This document shows, in pieces, positions 38,232 through 47,812 of a stretch of 52,197 bases of DNA. This DNA is from a virus (Duplodnaviria > Caudoviricetes). Position 1 is the first letter of the stretch, and the number at the start of each line of letters is the position of its first letter. The stretch spans positions 1-52,197 of the IMG/VR virus record IMGVR_UViG_3300028025_003950; one strand, 5' to 3'. Position numbers and translations under genes: made by a program. Under the pieces are notes generated by a model. It was not told where the DNA came from. It worked only from the letters and a program-made list of their open reading frames with translations, and searched no databases.

Positions 38232-40043
38232 ATGGCACACATCAAGCACAGCGAGAACCGTGCAAGCAATACCCCCACCGAGTGGTTGGGAGTAGGGCGT
38301 GCGATTGGTGAACTTGCAAACAAGTGGAGCGAGCGCCACGACCTAATTGGTTATGTGGGAACTAATGCAGGACATGGAGCACCAGCGTGCTACAACCCTG
38401 CGCTCGCAGAGATTGAAGTAGACACAGCGATTGCTTTCGGCAAGATGATTTCACCTGAGATGGTTGGAGACCTTACCGAACGCTCAAAACAATTTGAGTT
38501 TCCTAAGGCAGTTGGTGCGATTATGCACGAAGCCTTCCACGCAAAGTTCTCACAATGGGATTTGGAAAAGGCATACAAAGATTTAGAAAAAGATGAGCAC
38601 CAAGCACTTATCCTTTTGGAGGAAAGTCGTATTGAAGCTCAGGGGCTTTTGGCTATGCCTGAGTCTCTAAACTTTCTACGAGCATGTGCGATGGACATTG
38701 TGATTGCAGATGCACAAGAAAAGTTTGAGACATCATCAAACACACAGAGTGCTGCTTTTCTTGTGGCAACAGTTCACGCAAGAATTGACGCAGGTATCCT
38801 CGACGAGTCTGAGGTAAAAGATTTGGTCGAGTTGGTAGACGCTTACATGAGTCCTGAAGTTATTGCGAAGTTGCGTGAGATTGCTGCAAAGTTTCAGGCA
38901 CACACAATGCACGCCAATGCGGAGTTGTTGTATCCACTTGCTAAAGAGTGGGCAAAAATTATTCGTGATGTTGCCGAAGAAAAAGGCGATGGTCAAGGAC
39001 AAGATGGAAAGCCTGAGTCAGGTGAAGCAGGTGAAGGCTCAGGTGGTATGTCTAAAGAGTTTGCAAAGATGTTGATGGACGCACTCGAAGAAGCAGGTGC
39101 GGTAATTTCTATTGGCAACGCCGATGCGCTCGCAGACCAAGAGCAAGCAGAGGAGTGGGAGCAAGAAGTAAAAGACAAGCAAGCAGATGCTAAAGAGCGT
39201 CAGAAAAATAAAGAGACAGCAAAGGAAGTGTTCGACAAGAGCACAGGTGTTGGCGTCTCAAAGACCTCATCTCGTTTGCGTGAAACTCGTAAGCCAACTC
39301 CCGAAGAAAGAATTGCTGCGGTTCAGATTGCACAGTTGTTAGAGAAAGCAAAATACCGTGAGCGTGATGCGATTGAGATTGCAAGCATTACACCTCCAGG
39401 AAGATTACGGACTCGACAGATGGTTCAGGCTAAGGCTCTCAAAGAGCGTGGCGTGATGAAGCAAGTAGAGCCGTTCCGTAGAACAGTTCGCAAGCACACC
39501 GACGACCCGACACTTACTGTTGGCGTAATGGTGGACATCTCAGGCTCTATGGGCTCTGCGATGAACCCAATGGCAACTACCGCTTGGGTTATGTCGGAAG
39601 CGGTGCGCCGAGTGCAGGGCAAGTGTGCGATGGTCTACTACGGCAACGATGTGTTCCCGACTCTAAAGGCTGGACAACACCTAGAAGATGTCAATGTTTA
39701 TACGGCAGAAGATGGCACGGAGAAGTTCGACAAGGCTTTTCGAGCACTTGACGGAAGCCTCAATCTTCTGAACGGTAGCGGTGCTAGACTATTGGTTGTC
39801 GTCTCAGATGGTCAATACACTCACGATGAGCGAGAGCACGCACGCAAGTGGCTGGCTCGATGCAACGATGCGGGTGTAGCGATTTTGTGGCTACCGTTTG
39901 ACGGTGGGCATTATGCTGAGAGACTAGCACGGCACTCTAGAGTTGCGGTTCTTAGTGGCGTGTTAGACCCTACTGGTGCAGCATCAGAGATTGGTAGAGC
40001 AGCAGCAGGGGAACTTACAAATGTGGGTAGGCTCAACGCCTAA
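38232..40043 (+). CDS. HExxH metallopeptidase-like plus vWA domain protein (MoxR partner)
   Basis: HEAFH + LLEE.RIE; acidic Gly linker; DISGSM MIDAS, VVSDG. Confidence 0.88.
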   Translation: MAHIKHSENRASNTPTEWLGVGRAIGELANKWSERHDLIGYVGTNAGHGAPACYNPALAEIEVDTAIAFGKMISPEMVGDLTERSKQFEFPKAVGAIMHEAFHAKFSQWDLEKAYKDLEKDEHQALILLEESRIEAQGLLAMPESLNFLRACAMDIVIADAQEKFETSSNTQSAAFLVATVHARIDAGILDESEVKDLVELVDAYMSPEVIAKLREIAAKFQAHTMHANAELLYPLAKEWAKIIRDVAEEKGDGQGQDGKPESGEAGEGSGGMSKEFAKMLMDALEEAGAVISIGNADALADQEQAEEWEQEVKDKQADAKERQKNKETAKEVFDKSTGVGVSKTSSRLRETRKPTPEERIAAVQIAQLLEKAKYRERDAIEIASITPPGRLRTRQMVQAKALKERGVMKQVEPFRRTVRKHTDDPTLTVGVMVDISGSMGSAMNPMATTAWVMSEAVRRVQGKCAMVYYGNDVFPTLKAGQHLEDVNVYTAEDGTEKFDKAFRALDGSLNLLNGSGARLLVVVSDGQYTHDEREHARKWLARCNDAGVAILWLPFDGGHYAERLARHSRVAVLSGVLDPTGAASEIGRAAAGELTNVGRLNA

Positions 40044-40186
40044 ACTCAATAGACCTCTCAAAGCGGGTATGCGTCCTTCCAGCGTGTGTCCAAACCTGCG
40101 GAGAGAGTTGTGGTAAAAAAGTGAGAGCCCGTCGTCCCTCAAAGAAAACGGCGGGTCTCTCCTCACCAAAACGACGGAGGTAAAAA

Positions 40187-40648
40187 ATGACGATACGACC
40201 AATTATGTTCCTGGTTGATACAACGGGCTTCGATGTTTCCTGGAGCTCTGGATTTCCGCTGCCTGGCGAACAGACAGCTTCAGAGTTCTACAAATACAGC
40301 AGCTCGTTCATCTGCGAGGTAAAAAAAGATGGATTTACGGTGGACATTTATCTTGATGGCGAGATGCGGTACAACCGTGAAGATGGGATTTGTATCTACG
40401 ATGGAGGCGACTTGGTTGCTGCGGGATACGACACAGATAAAAAATTCACAGATGCCATCGAGGCTGAAGAACTCCAGCACATCAACAACCCGTGGTTTGA
40501 TTTGTATGTGCGGGGTGAGCACCTTGATTGCATAACCCACGACATCAACGAGGCTTTACAGAGTGCAAAGGCTTGGCTTGAGGACGAAATCAACAACGCA
40601 AAAGAAATTGAAAATTTCGGCGTGTCGCCTCTTGACTTACCTGCATAA
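40187..40648 (+). CDS. Acidic hypothetical phage protein
   Basis: GEMR..NNPWF motif. Confidence 0.65.
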   Translation: MTIRPIMFLVDTTGFDVSWSSGFPLPGEQTASEFYKYSSSFICEVKKDGFTVDIYLDGEMRYNREDGICIYDGGDLVAAGYDTDKKFTDAIEAEELQHINNPWFDLYVRGEHLDCITHDINEALQSAKAWLEDEINNAKEIENFGVSPLDLPA

Positions 40649-40694
40649 AAGAGTATTATTTCTCTTGTAAGGCAAAACGACGAAAGGAAATGAA

Positions 40695-40829
40695 ATGGCG
40701 ACATACACAAAGGCACGCAAGCCAGTAATGATTTACATTGGTTGCTGGTTGTGCGGTGAGACATTTCAGATTGCAGAAAGAGACTATAACCACGGCGCAT
40801 CTTGCGACAAATGTATAAAGGGGAAATAA
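40695..40829 (+). CDS. 44-aa Zn-ribbon microprotein
   Basis: After AACGACGAAAGGA; CWLCG..CDKC. Confidence 0.55.
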   Translation: MATYTKARKPVMIYIGCWLCGETFQIAERDYNHGASCDKCIKGK

Positions 40830-40831
40830 AA

Positions 40832-41065
40832 ATGGCGATACAAGGTATTTCAGCAACAGACAGAACAGTATTTGTAGGAACACCAAAATGTTCTTGGTGC
40901 GGAGACATTGGCGAAGTAGAAGTTCCTACCGCTGGTTTCTTTGCTCGTGAACTTGGTGCACCAATTCAAGAAGCCTATCCAGAGTTGGACAAGGCTTTGC
41001 GGGAGCAAATAGTTTCAGGAACTCACCCAGAGTGCTGGACAGAAATGTTTGGAGGTTCTCACTAA
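40832..41065 (+). CDS. Small Zn-binding phage protein
   Basis: C..CG..IQ.A.P.L...REQ..SGTH..CW. Confidence 0.7.
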   Translation: MAIQGISATDRTVFVGTPKCSWCGDIGEVEVPTAGFFARELGAPIQEAYPELDKALREQIVSGTHPECWTEMFGGSH

Positions 41066-41220
41066 TGAAAAAGTATTCGGTTGTCGTGAAGGCAAGTGTT
41101 CACACCGTTTGGGAAGCAAATACCGAACAGGAGGCAATCCTTATGGCAGAGGCTTGGACAGCAGAGGAATACGGAAATCTGGTTCATAAAGCCAATTTCG
41201 AGGTTGCGGAAGTCTCCTAA
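41065..41220 (+). CDS. Small protein (DpnD/PcfM-like pattern)
   Basis: KYSV.V......EANTEQEA; TAATG coupling. Confidence 0.5.
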   Translation: MKKYSVVVKASVHTVWEANTEQEAILMAEAWTAEEYGNLVHKANFEVAEVS

Positions 41221-41368
41221 TTCCGTTACCAAAATGTTATAAAAAAGATGCGGTTTCGACTTGCATAGTGCAGGAAGGTCGTGTAATGTAGTTCTTGTTA
41301 GGGAAACCTAGCAAAAAGTCCCCAACAATGGGTTCGGGATAATGACAAAATGAAAAGGAGTCTTAGTT

Positions 41369-41704
41369 ATGTCTAAGGCAACAGTTGCAGTAAAGGTAGT
41401 AAAGGCAGTAGAAGTTGAGAACACAGCAGTAGAACTCAACGCAGACACCCAAGCAGTTATCAACGAGTTCGTGGCAACACGCACAATGATTACCGAGTTG
41501 GAAAAGACCAAGAAGGAACTTGAAGCAAAAATCAAGGAAGTTCTTGGAGATGCCGAAGTTGGTATCGTAAACGGCGAAATCCGAATTGAACAGAGCAAGC
41601 GTTCACGAACAGGTGTGGACTCAAAGAAGTTGGCACTTGCTTTCCCTGAGGCTTATGAAGCCACACAGACCACCACAGATTATGTGGTTCTGGTTGTGAA
41701 GTAA
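41369..41704 (+). CDS. Coiled-coil phage protein resembling the C-terminal region of YqaJ-type recombinases
   Basis: LE..KK.LE..IK..LG..D.K.L...P..Y. Confidence 0.55.
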   Translation: MSKATVAVKVVKAVEVENTAVELNADTQAVINEFVATRTMITELEKTKKELEAKIKEVLGDAEVGIVNGEIRIEQSKRSRTGVDSKKLALAFPEAYEATQTTTDYVVLVVK

Positions 41705-41841
41705 TCCCCCTTATTTCACACCGAAGCCCCTCGACTCTCCCCCAGAGTCGGGGGGTTTCTCTTTCCCCAAAGCGTGGAGGTAAAAAATGTTGCGGGTGAA
41801 AGTTGCAGGTCTGCGCTCGCCACACGCAGACCCGCCAGCAC

Positions 41842-42096
41842 TCACTTGGAGTTGTAAAAAATGTCGCGGATAAGCTGTGCAGCATCTTCCGCTGCGGTTA
41901 TACATGAAGAACAGAGTTCTTTGTATTTGTTTGGCAAGTGGTCATTATCAGAGATGATAAAAACCTTGTTGCACGATGCGGGCTCATCGCCACAGTAGTA
42001 GTTGAAACAGAAGCGTGCTTCTTGGTATGTGCCGTCAGCCAGCAAAGCCCAGAGCGTGCCGTGGTCGCCTTTTTCAAGGCGTTTGTATTTCGTCAT
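41842..42096 (-). CDS. Hypothetical Cys-containing protein, antisense within the early island
   Basis: GGAGG RBS; convergent terminator 41724-41765. Confidence 0.5.
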   Translation of the reverse strand: MTKYKRLEKGDHGTLWALLADGTYQEARFCFNYYCGDEPASCNKVFIISDNDHLPNKYKELCSSCITAAEDAAQLIRDIFYNSK

Positions 42097-42264
42097 TAGT
42101 TCCTCCCTTCACTTATATAACTCCGCCTTAGCAAAACTTTTGTTAATCAAAAATGGCGTTTTTTGGTGTGAGATGAGACACACGACACGCCGATAAAAAA
42201 GAACTTGCATAAAATGCATAAAGGTTATAGAATAACTACATAAGTTCAGAACAGGGAGAAAACG

Positions 42265-42396
42265 ATGAACGACATAATGAAAATGGTTTTTCAAGAGATG
42301 AACCAAATCTGTATTGAGTGCGGACGAAAGTTCGACATGTTTGATGAAGAGCAAGCAAGCGAGTGGCACGCAGGACACGATTGTGAGGTGGAGTAA
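42265..42396 (+). CDS. 43-aa CxxC/HxC microprotein
   Basis: CIECGRKFD..EW..GHDCE; GGGAG RBS. Confidence 0.6.
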   Translation: MNDIMKMVFQEMNQICIECGRKFDMFDEEQASEWHAGHDCEVE

Positions 42397-42650
42397 TGAA
42401 CGAAGACACAGTAACCCTAGAGGTCACAGGTAAAGAACTTGCAATCCTTACCGAAGGTGTAAGTGCAACTATGCAATTACTATCCAAGCATTTGGAAAAG
42501 CACCGCAACCACAAAGATTACTCAATGGAGAAGTTGTTTGTGATTATGGAGATGTATGCACATACGGGAGAACTTTGGGCAAAACTGCACAGAACCGCTG
42601 GCATTAGCCAAGAAGAGATTGCACAGTATCTAGAAGAACAGGAGAAGTAA
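42396..42650 (+). CDS. Hypothetical protein
   Basis: TAATG coupling. Confidence 0.55.
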   Translation: MNEDTVTLEVTGKELAILTEGVSATMQLLSKHLEKHRNHKDYSMEKLFVIMEMYAHTGELWAKLHRTAGISQEEIAQYLEEQEK

Positions 42651-42652
42651 AA

Positions 42653-42892
42653 ATGTTGGTGAAGGAACTGATAGAACAGTTGCAAAAGGATTACCAGCCA
42701 GAAGACACTTTGATTGTTGCCTACTGGGACAAGAGCACCGTTGAGGGCTACTCTTCAGAAGAAGAAGAAATGACTGAAGACGATTGGTCAGAAGTTGTTG
42801 CGAAGTATGAAGACGGGGAGTTCGGTTGGCAAAGCGATGCTGCCGATAGTTTCCTACAACTAGTGGAAGAGGTAAAAAATGTCGCTGCCTGA
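42653..42892 (+). CDS. Highly acidic small protein
   Basis: M.VKELIEQL N-terminus; D/E-rich. Confidence 0.6.
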   Translation: MLVKELIEQLQKDYQPEDTLIVAYWDKSTVEGYSSEEEEMTEDDWSEVVAKYEDGEFGWQSDAADSFLQLVEEVKNVAA

Positions 42893-43121
42893 GATTGACC
42901 ACATCAAGTTCACGAAGAACGTTGTCTTCGTTGGAGATTATTTCACTCTGATGACTACGGTTGTTCTTGATGAACAGTTCCGTGAAAAAGACGAAGACGA
43001 TTATGACTTTGCGGTAAGACTGGCGAGCATCTTCCTGAAGGAACATTATGGCTGGGACGTTGAAGCAGCAGCAAATGAAATTGGTGTGGACTTTGAGGAC
43101 GAGGAGGAAGACGAGGAGTAA
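42879..43121 (+). CDS. Highly acidic small protein
   Basis: GAGG RBS; D/E-rich. Confidence 0.6.
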   Translation: MSLPEIDHIKFTKNVVFVGDYFTLMTTVVLDEQFREKDEDDYDFAVRLASIFLKEHYGWDVEAAANEIGVDFEDEEEDEE

Positions 43122-43287
43122 GCGGCGCTCGCCGTGGAAATCACTAGGTAAAAAATCATTTATCCTAGAGTTCCACGGGAACTGCTGGAGCTCGTCTCGC
43201 ACCCGTGATGAGATGGGCTCTACCTCCCATCGCATCTATCTCCCTACTCCCTGAGGGAGATAGGTGTCTAAAGTCCAGTTCATTATA

Positions 43288-43320
43288 GAGAGCCCCTTTT
43301 CGGAGGGGCTTTCTTTTTCC
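43288..43320 (+). terminator. Intrinsic terminator
   Basis: GAGCCCCT stem, TTTCGG loop region, AGGGGCTTTC plus T run. Confidence 0.8.
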
Positions 43321-43340
43321 CCATCAAACCCTTTGCGCCG

Positions 43341-43607
43341 TTGTACAGTAGACCTATGTTGAAACCAAGCATTGTTGATAAATCGTTCCACTCAAATGGT
43401 GGGGCTTCGCCTTTTGTTGCAGCAATCATTGACGACCCAAATGATGGGGAAACAAAACTTGTTGTGATGTTTGAGGAGGAAGGCTGCATTGCGGTTCTTT
43501 CTTTAGACCGCATCATTGACGAAGAAGACATTTCAGCAAAACACAACTCACACCATCATGCGGACAAGCATGAAGATGAGCTGCGTGATTTGCTTTGGGA
43601 AGACTGA
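43341..43607 (+). CDS. Hypothetical protein
   Basis: H.NG....F motif; probable leaderless ATG near 43356. Confidence 0.55.
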   Translation: MYSRPMLKPSIVDKSFHSNGGASPFVAAIIDDPNDGETKLVVMFEEEGCIAVLSLDRIIDEEDISAKHNSHHHADKHEDELRDLLWED

Positions 43608-43659
43608 AGGTAAAAAATACACAACAGCTGCGCCGCAGCTCCAGGGAGATGAGAACAAC

Positions 43660-44223
43660 TTGACTACGCTTGCTGCCGTCCAGGGAGAAGGTTGGGCAGT
43701 CATCGGCTACGACAGCAGGGTGACTGAAGACAATCGCATCTTCGTGCTGCCGAAGGAAAGTGGCAAGGTGGTAAAAAATGGACACTACATCTTTGGTGCA
43801 GCAGGGGACATGCGTGCGGTCAATCTTCTTGCACATACTTTCAAACCTCCTGTCCCCGCAGCAACAGATTACGGCGTCAAGTTAGATAAGTTCATCTCCT
43901 CCAAGTTCGTTCCTGCTCTCAAACAATGTTTTGATGATGCTCAATACGGGGAGAAGGGCGAACAAGACTCCTCCGTGCTGGTAGTTGTGCACGGACGCAT
44001 CTACGAGATAGGAAATGGCTACGACTGGGCTCTTGACGAGTCAGGGCTATACGCAATGGGTTCTGGAGCTGAATACGCTCTGGGTTCGATGCATACAGCA
44101 TTTGAAGGTAAAAAACGCACCATTGGCACAGCAAGAAGCGTTGTCAAGAGTGCGGTAGGCATTTCTGCTCGCCTCGACCCCTCAACTGGTGAACCGATTT
44201 ATGTAATCTCCCAATCTGGATAA
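43660..44223 (+). CDS. Proteasome beta-subunit/HslV-like Ntn protease
   Basis: TTG start giving N-terminal T-T; DSR.T, K(33), G.AG, A.GSG..YA.G, D..TG motifs. Confidence 0.85.
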   Translation: MTTLAAVQGEGWAVIGYDSRVTEDNRIFVLPKESGKVVKNGHYIFGAAGDMRAVNLLAHTFKPPVPAATDYGVKLDKFISSKFVPALKQCFDDAQYGEKGEQDSSVLVVVHGRIYEIGNGYDWALDESGLYAMGSGAEYALGSMHTAFEGKKRTIGTARSVVKSAVGISARLDPSTGEPIYVISQSG

Positions 44224-44286
44224 ATAGACTTGACATCTTCCTGCACTTTATGATAGATTGACATCAACAAGGAAGGGAGGATAGAA

Positions 44287-44490
44287 ATGGCAAAGTTTCT
44301 ACCAGATAGTGCTATTTACGGCACATACAAGAAGTTCAAGAGAGTTGGCTCATCACGCCGTAGAACCACCGAAGTTGGTTGGGAGGATTTCTTCTTCCTA
44401 GTCAATGCGGTAAAGCGTTTTCGCTCTCGCCGTAAAAGACAAAAGGCTCGTGCTTTGTTTTACAAGAAGCATGGGTATTACAAGCAGTAA
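44287..44490 (+). CDS. Small highly basic protein
   Basis: Own promoter cassette and GGGAGG RBS. Confidence 0.55.
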   Translation: MAKFLPDSAIYGTYKKFKRVGSSRRRTTEVGWEDFFFLVNAVKRFRSRRKRQKARALFYKKHGYYKQ

Positions 44491-44554
44491 TCTGCACTTG
44501 ACAAAATGCAGGGAGGTGTGAAATAATAAAAACATCAACGACGAAAGGAAGAAA

Positions 44555-45190
44555 ATGAAGAAGGTGACAGAAATGACAGACAAAGAGTGGGAAGACCTAG
44601 AGGTTGCGTCAGCGCAAATTCTATGGGAGAACCTCAATGCGGAAGATGAAGCAGACTTAGTAAATCTGGAAAGACCAGATTACGGTCAGGCTGGACGACG
44701 CTACTACGACCCATTGTGGTCAGAAGTGTTGGACGGACTTTGGCAAGGTGGAACAGATGACCTTGATGTTGATAGACAACTAAAAGTTCCAATGATTACA
44801 ACCAAAAGCTTCGACACCGTTATCACAATGTATGCGGACGCTAATCCTGTTGATTGGTTCGTAAAAGAGTTTCGCTATGGTGTCTGGGATTCAGACATCA
44901 ACAAGATGGACACAACAGAATTGTTTGACATCGTGCGATTGGCTCATGCCGATTGGAAGCGTGGCAAGCGAGTTCTTATTCGTTGCCAAGCAGGTTGGAA
45001 TCGTTCAGGACTAATCACAGCGTTGGTTCTTATTCGTGAGGGCATGGGTGCTCGTGAAGCCATTGACCTTATTCGTGAGAAGCGAAGCGAGTGGGCACTT
45101 TGCAACAAGTCTTTTGAGAAGTTCTTGTTAGAACAAGACCCAAAGGTTTGGCAGGGCGACTCATACGGAAGCGACACGCCGAAGAACTAA
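44555..45190 (+). CDS. Dual-specificity/tyrosine (Cys-based) phosphatase
   Basis: VLIRCQAGWNRSG (CX5R) P-loop. Confidence 0.88.
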   Translation: MKKVTEMTDKEWEDLEVASAQILWENLNAEDEADLVNLERPDYGQAGRRYYDPLWSEVLDGLWQGGTDDLDVDRQLKVPMITTKSFDTVITMYADANPVDWFVKEFRYGVWDSDINKMDTTELFDIVRLAHADWKRGKRVLIRCQAGWNRSGLITALVLIREGMGAREAIDLIREKRSEWALCNKSFEKFLLEQDPKVWQGDSYGSDTPKN

Positions 45191-45260
45191 TTGTTTGACT
45201 TTTTGCAGGAAGGTTGCAATAATTATCCTGCAAAACAAAATGACGAAAGGACAAAAGCAA

Positions 45261-45449
45261 ATGGCAACATGGAAAATGGAACGAAAGTACATTATTCGTA
45301 GACGCTGGGCGTTTGTATTGGCTCTAGTGCTTGCGGTGCTTGTTCTCTATGGTTTGTATGAACTAGTGGGACGCATCTGGTGGGTAGAGGGCGAAGGCTA
45401 TTGCTTCAACACAATGGAAAAGTGTTTCCCAGAAATGTTTGGGAACTAA
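45261..45449 (+). CDS. Single-TM small protein
   Basis: After GACGAAAGGA; RRR followed by a TM helix. Confidence 0.55.
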   Translation: MATWKMERKYIIRRRWAFVLALVLAVLVLYGLYELVGRIWWVEGEGYCFNTMEKCFPEMFGN

Positions 45450-45468
45450 ACAATGACGAAAGGTAAAA

Positions 45469-45672
45469 ATGAAGAGCACTCGAATAGCCGAACAGGCTGC
45501 CGAGCTCTACAGCAAGGGCATGGCAATCGAAACGGTTGCATCTGAACTTGGTGTGGCGTATAGGACAGCAAGGAAAGCAATCAACTCGAAAGGAGTAACA
45601 CTTCGTGACCCAAGTGCGAGATTGGTTGGTAGAACTCGTCCAGACAAGCAAAGGACGACTCAAAATGCCTAA
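45469..45672 (+). CDS. Helix-turn-helix DNA-binding protein
   Basis: LY..G.AI..VA.ELGV.Y.T....GV.LR. Confidence 0.8.
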   Translation: MKSTRIAEQAAELYSKGMAIETVASELGVAYRTARKAINSKGVTLRDPSARLVGRTRPDKQRTTQNA

Positions 45673-45814
45673 AGGAATCGTTTGGACTGCGGTTATCTCT
45701 GCGGTTGCAGGAGCAGGGTGTCTTACCTTTGCTTTCTTAGATAACAACACATTGGCAAATGGTTTTGGCTTTGTGTCGGTGGCATCTGCTCTACTTGCAT
45801 CAAGAGAAAAGTAG
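45665..45814 (+). CDS. Two-TM microprotein
   Basis: Hydrophobic; overlaps the HTH gene stop. Confidence 0.5.
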   Translation: MPKGIVWTAVISAVAGAGCLTFAFLDNNTLANGFGFVSVASALLASREK

Positions 45815-45873
45815 GACTTGACTTTCCTGCAAAAGTCAGGTAAGTTATGTAATACAGATACGGAAGGACGAAA

Positions 45874-46482
45874 ATGACACAAGTATTAGAAGTTGCATCT
45901 GAGAAGCAGGTGAAGTTTCTTGATGACCTAATGGCTCAGAAGGAAATCCCTGCGGTTATTCTCAATGTGTTTCTTGAGCAGAAGACAGCCTTGACTAAGA
46001 AGCAGGCATCTGGGTACATCTCAATGTTCCTAGGGTTTCCTGATGCTGTTGAGGTAAAAAAGTCTGCTGCGGGGCTAACCCCTGAGCAGGAAGCTCGTCA
46101 GCGTCTATTTGCGGAACTAAATGAGGCACTTTCAACTGTGCCTAAATCTAAGTACGCAATCCCTGTTGATGAGTTGATGCTTGACTTTATGAAGCAACCT
46201 GTGCACGGGGACCTCGTGTTCCTTGAAATCAAGGAGTACATGAAGCGTCTGCAAATGAACAAGTTGTTTGGTTCAGTAGGAGCGTTCACTCGTGTACGAC
46301 CTGCTGTGGAGGACGCCCTCGCATTTGTACGGATAATCCAGAAAGACCCGTACATGTATGCACGCAAGTTTGCTGAACATTACAAGTGCTGTGGCAAGTG
46401 CGGTGCTGAACTAACAGACCCGCGCTCGCGAGAGTTGATGCTTGGACCTGACTGCCGAAGGGCATTTGGGTTCGTGAGATAA
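45874..46482 (+). CDS. DUF6011-like Zn-finger protein
   Basis: ASEKQ..F N-terminus; C..CG.ELTDP.SR...GP.C. Confidence 0.75.
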   Translation: MTQVLEVASEKQVKFLDDLMAQKEIPAVILNVFLEQKTALTKKQASGYISMFLGFPDAVEVKKSAAGLTPEQEARQRLFAELNEALSTVPKSKYAIPVDELMLDFMKQPVHGDLVFLEIKEYMKRLQMNKLFGSVGAFTRVRPAVEDALAFVRIIQKDPYMYARKFAEHYKCCGKCGAELTDPRSRELMLGPDCRRAFGFVR

Positions 46483-46656
46483 GTCACAAAAAAGACCCCC
46501 TTGACCTACGCTTAGAAGGTTCGGGGGGCTTTGTGACCCTCTGGTAAGGTTTATACATGAGCGACGTATTAGACAAATTGACATTCGGGCTTTCGGTAGC
46601 CCCAAAGGTTGCGTAGTACTGCGACCTGTCCCTGTCCCCTAAAGAAGGAGTACCGA

Positions 46657-47256
46657 ATGAAGTCATCTCGTTTTCACCCAGAAGCAATCGTGTTTGGAAT
46701 CTCTATTGCTCTACTAGCAACAACAGTAACAATCGCTGCGGCTCAGGCAACAGCAGTAACAGAAGCCAACCAGGCTGCTGCGGTAATCCAGGAAGAGAAA
46801 AGACTCGAAGCCCTGGCTGCATTAGCCGAGGTAAAAAAAGTTAGCCGCCTTGAAGAGCTCGCTGCAACAAGAGAACAACTTGACCCTCTGGAGCTGAAGG
46901 AACTACTCAGCCTCGTCGGGTTTGAAGGCAAAGCACTGAAGGAAGCATGGGCTATCGTGATGAAGGAATCCACTGGACGTCCTAAGTCTCACAATGGCAA
47001 CTCCAACACAGGCGACAACTCATACGGTCTATTCCAAATCAACATGATTGGTGGGCTTGGAGAAGACCGCCGTGAGAAGTTTGATTTGAAGCAGAACTCT
47101 GACCTCTGGAACCCAGTCCTTAATGCACAAATTGCTTATCACATGAGCAATGGCGGAGAAGATTGGGGCTCATGGGGTATAGGTCCTAACGCTTACAATG
47201 GTGGTAAGGCTGGCTCGTATTACAAGTGGCTTGACCAATACCCAGAAGGAAAGTAG
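46657..47256 (+). CDS. Secreted lytic transglycosylase (SLT/Rpf-like)
   Basis: TM/signal; AWAI...ES.G, SYGLFQIN, NP..NA..A, W..W. Confidence 0.85.
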   Translation: MKSSRFHPEAIVFGISIALLATTVTIAAAQATAVTEANQAAAVIQEEKRLEALAALAEVKKVSRLEELAATREQLDPLELKELLSLVGFEGKALKEAWAIVMKESTGRPKSHNGNSNTGDNSYGLFQINMIGGLGEDRREKFDLKQNSDLWNPVLNAQIAYHMSNGGEDWGSWGIGPNAYNGGKAGSYYKWLDQYPEGK

Positions 47257-47260
47257 AACT

Positions 47261-47710
47261 ATGGAAGAGAACAAGGAAGTAAAGGCTGAGCCAGTTGCGC
47301 TCGCCGTAGAACCAACAACTATCCCTGCGGTAGTTGTAGAAGCAAAGCCAGAAGTAAAGCCAGAACCAGAACTGGAACATGCCCACAAGAAGGAAGCTGC
47401 CGCTGCACCAACAGCAACAGCACCATCTGAAGGTAAAAAATTGGCAGGGGCTGGTGTATTCGTACAGCTCTCAGCTCTGAAGCACAACTCTCGTGCAAAG
47501 AACTCTCGTTCAGTTGCATCTGTCCAGTCTCGACTCATTGAACTTGGTTTCTCTGATGCGGGCGACGACAAGCGAGGAACTTTTGGTGATGCAACGCTCG
47601 TGGCTCTCACTGCGTTCCATAAAGACTCAAAAGTTAAAGCAGATGCTTGCACCGACGAACCAGTCATTGTTGCGCTATTTAAGGGCACTGCGGTAGAAGT
47701 TATCGCTTAA
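47261..47710 (+). CDS. Protein with C-terminal peptidoglycan-binding-like domain
   Basis: V..VQ.RL.ELGF..G.FG..T..AL..F. Confidence 0.65.
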   Translation: MEENKEVKAEPVALAVEPTTIPAVVVEAKPEVKPEPELEHAHKKEAAAAPTATAPSEGKKLAGAGVFVQLSALKHNSRAKNSRSVASVQSRLIELGFSDAGDDKRGTFGDATLVALTAFHKDSKVKADACTDEPVIVALFKGTAVEVIA

Positions 47711-47812
47711 TTCTTTCCAATCAACGCCCAGTACTTCTCTTACCATTAGAGGTGCTGGGCGTTGTTGCGTCCTTGCACAACGTCTAGGTGCGACCATGGA
47801 AGGACGGCACTT

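Noticed and set aside
37050-40043. CobS/CobT cobaltochelatase as part of B12 biosynthesis
   Set aside because: No CobN or other corrin synthesis genes are in the window; phage MoxR-vWA pairs are widespread, and this vWA protein carries an HExxH domain, so a chaperone/protease role is more likely
42630-43235. 201-aa minus-strand ORF (and similar ones at 40396-40908, 45406-45882, 50050-50490)
   Set aside because: Antisense to well-supported plus-strand genes with RBSs; no recognisable motifs
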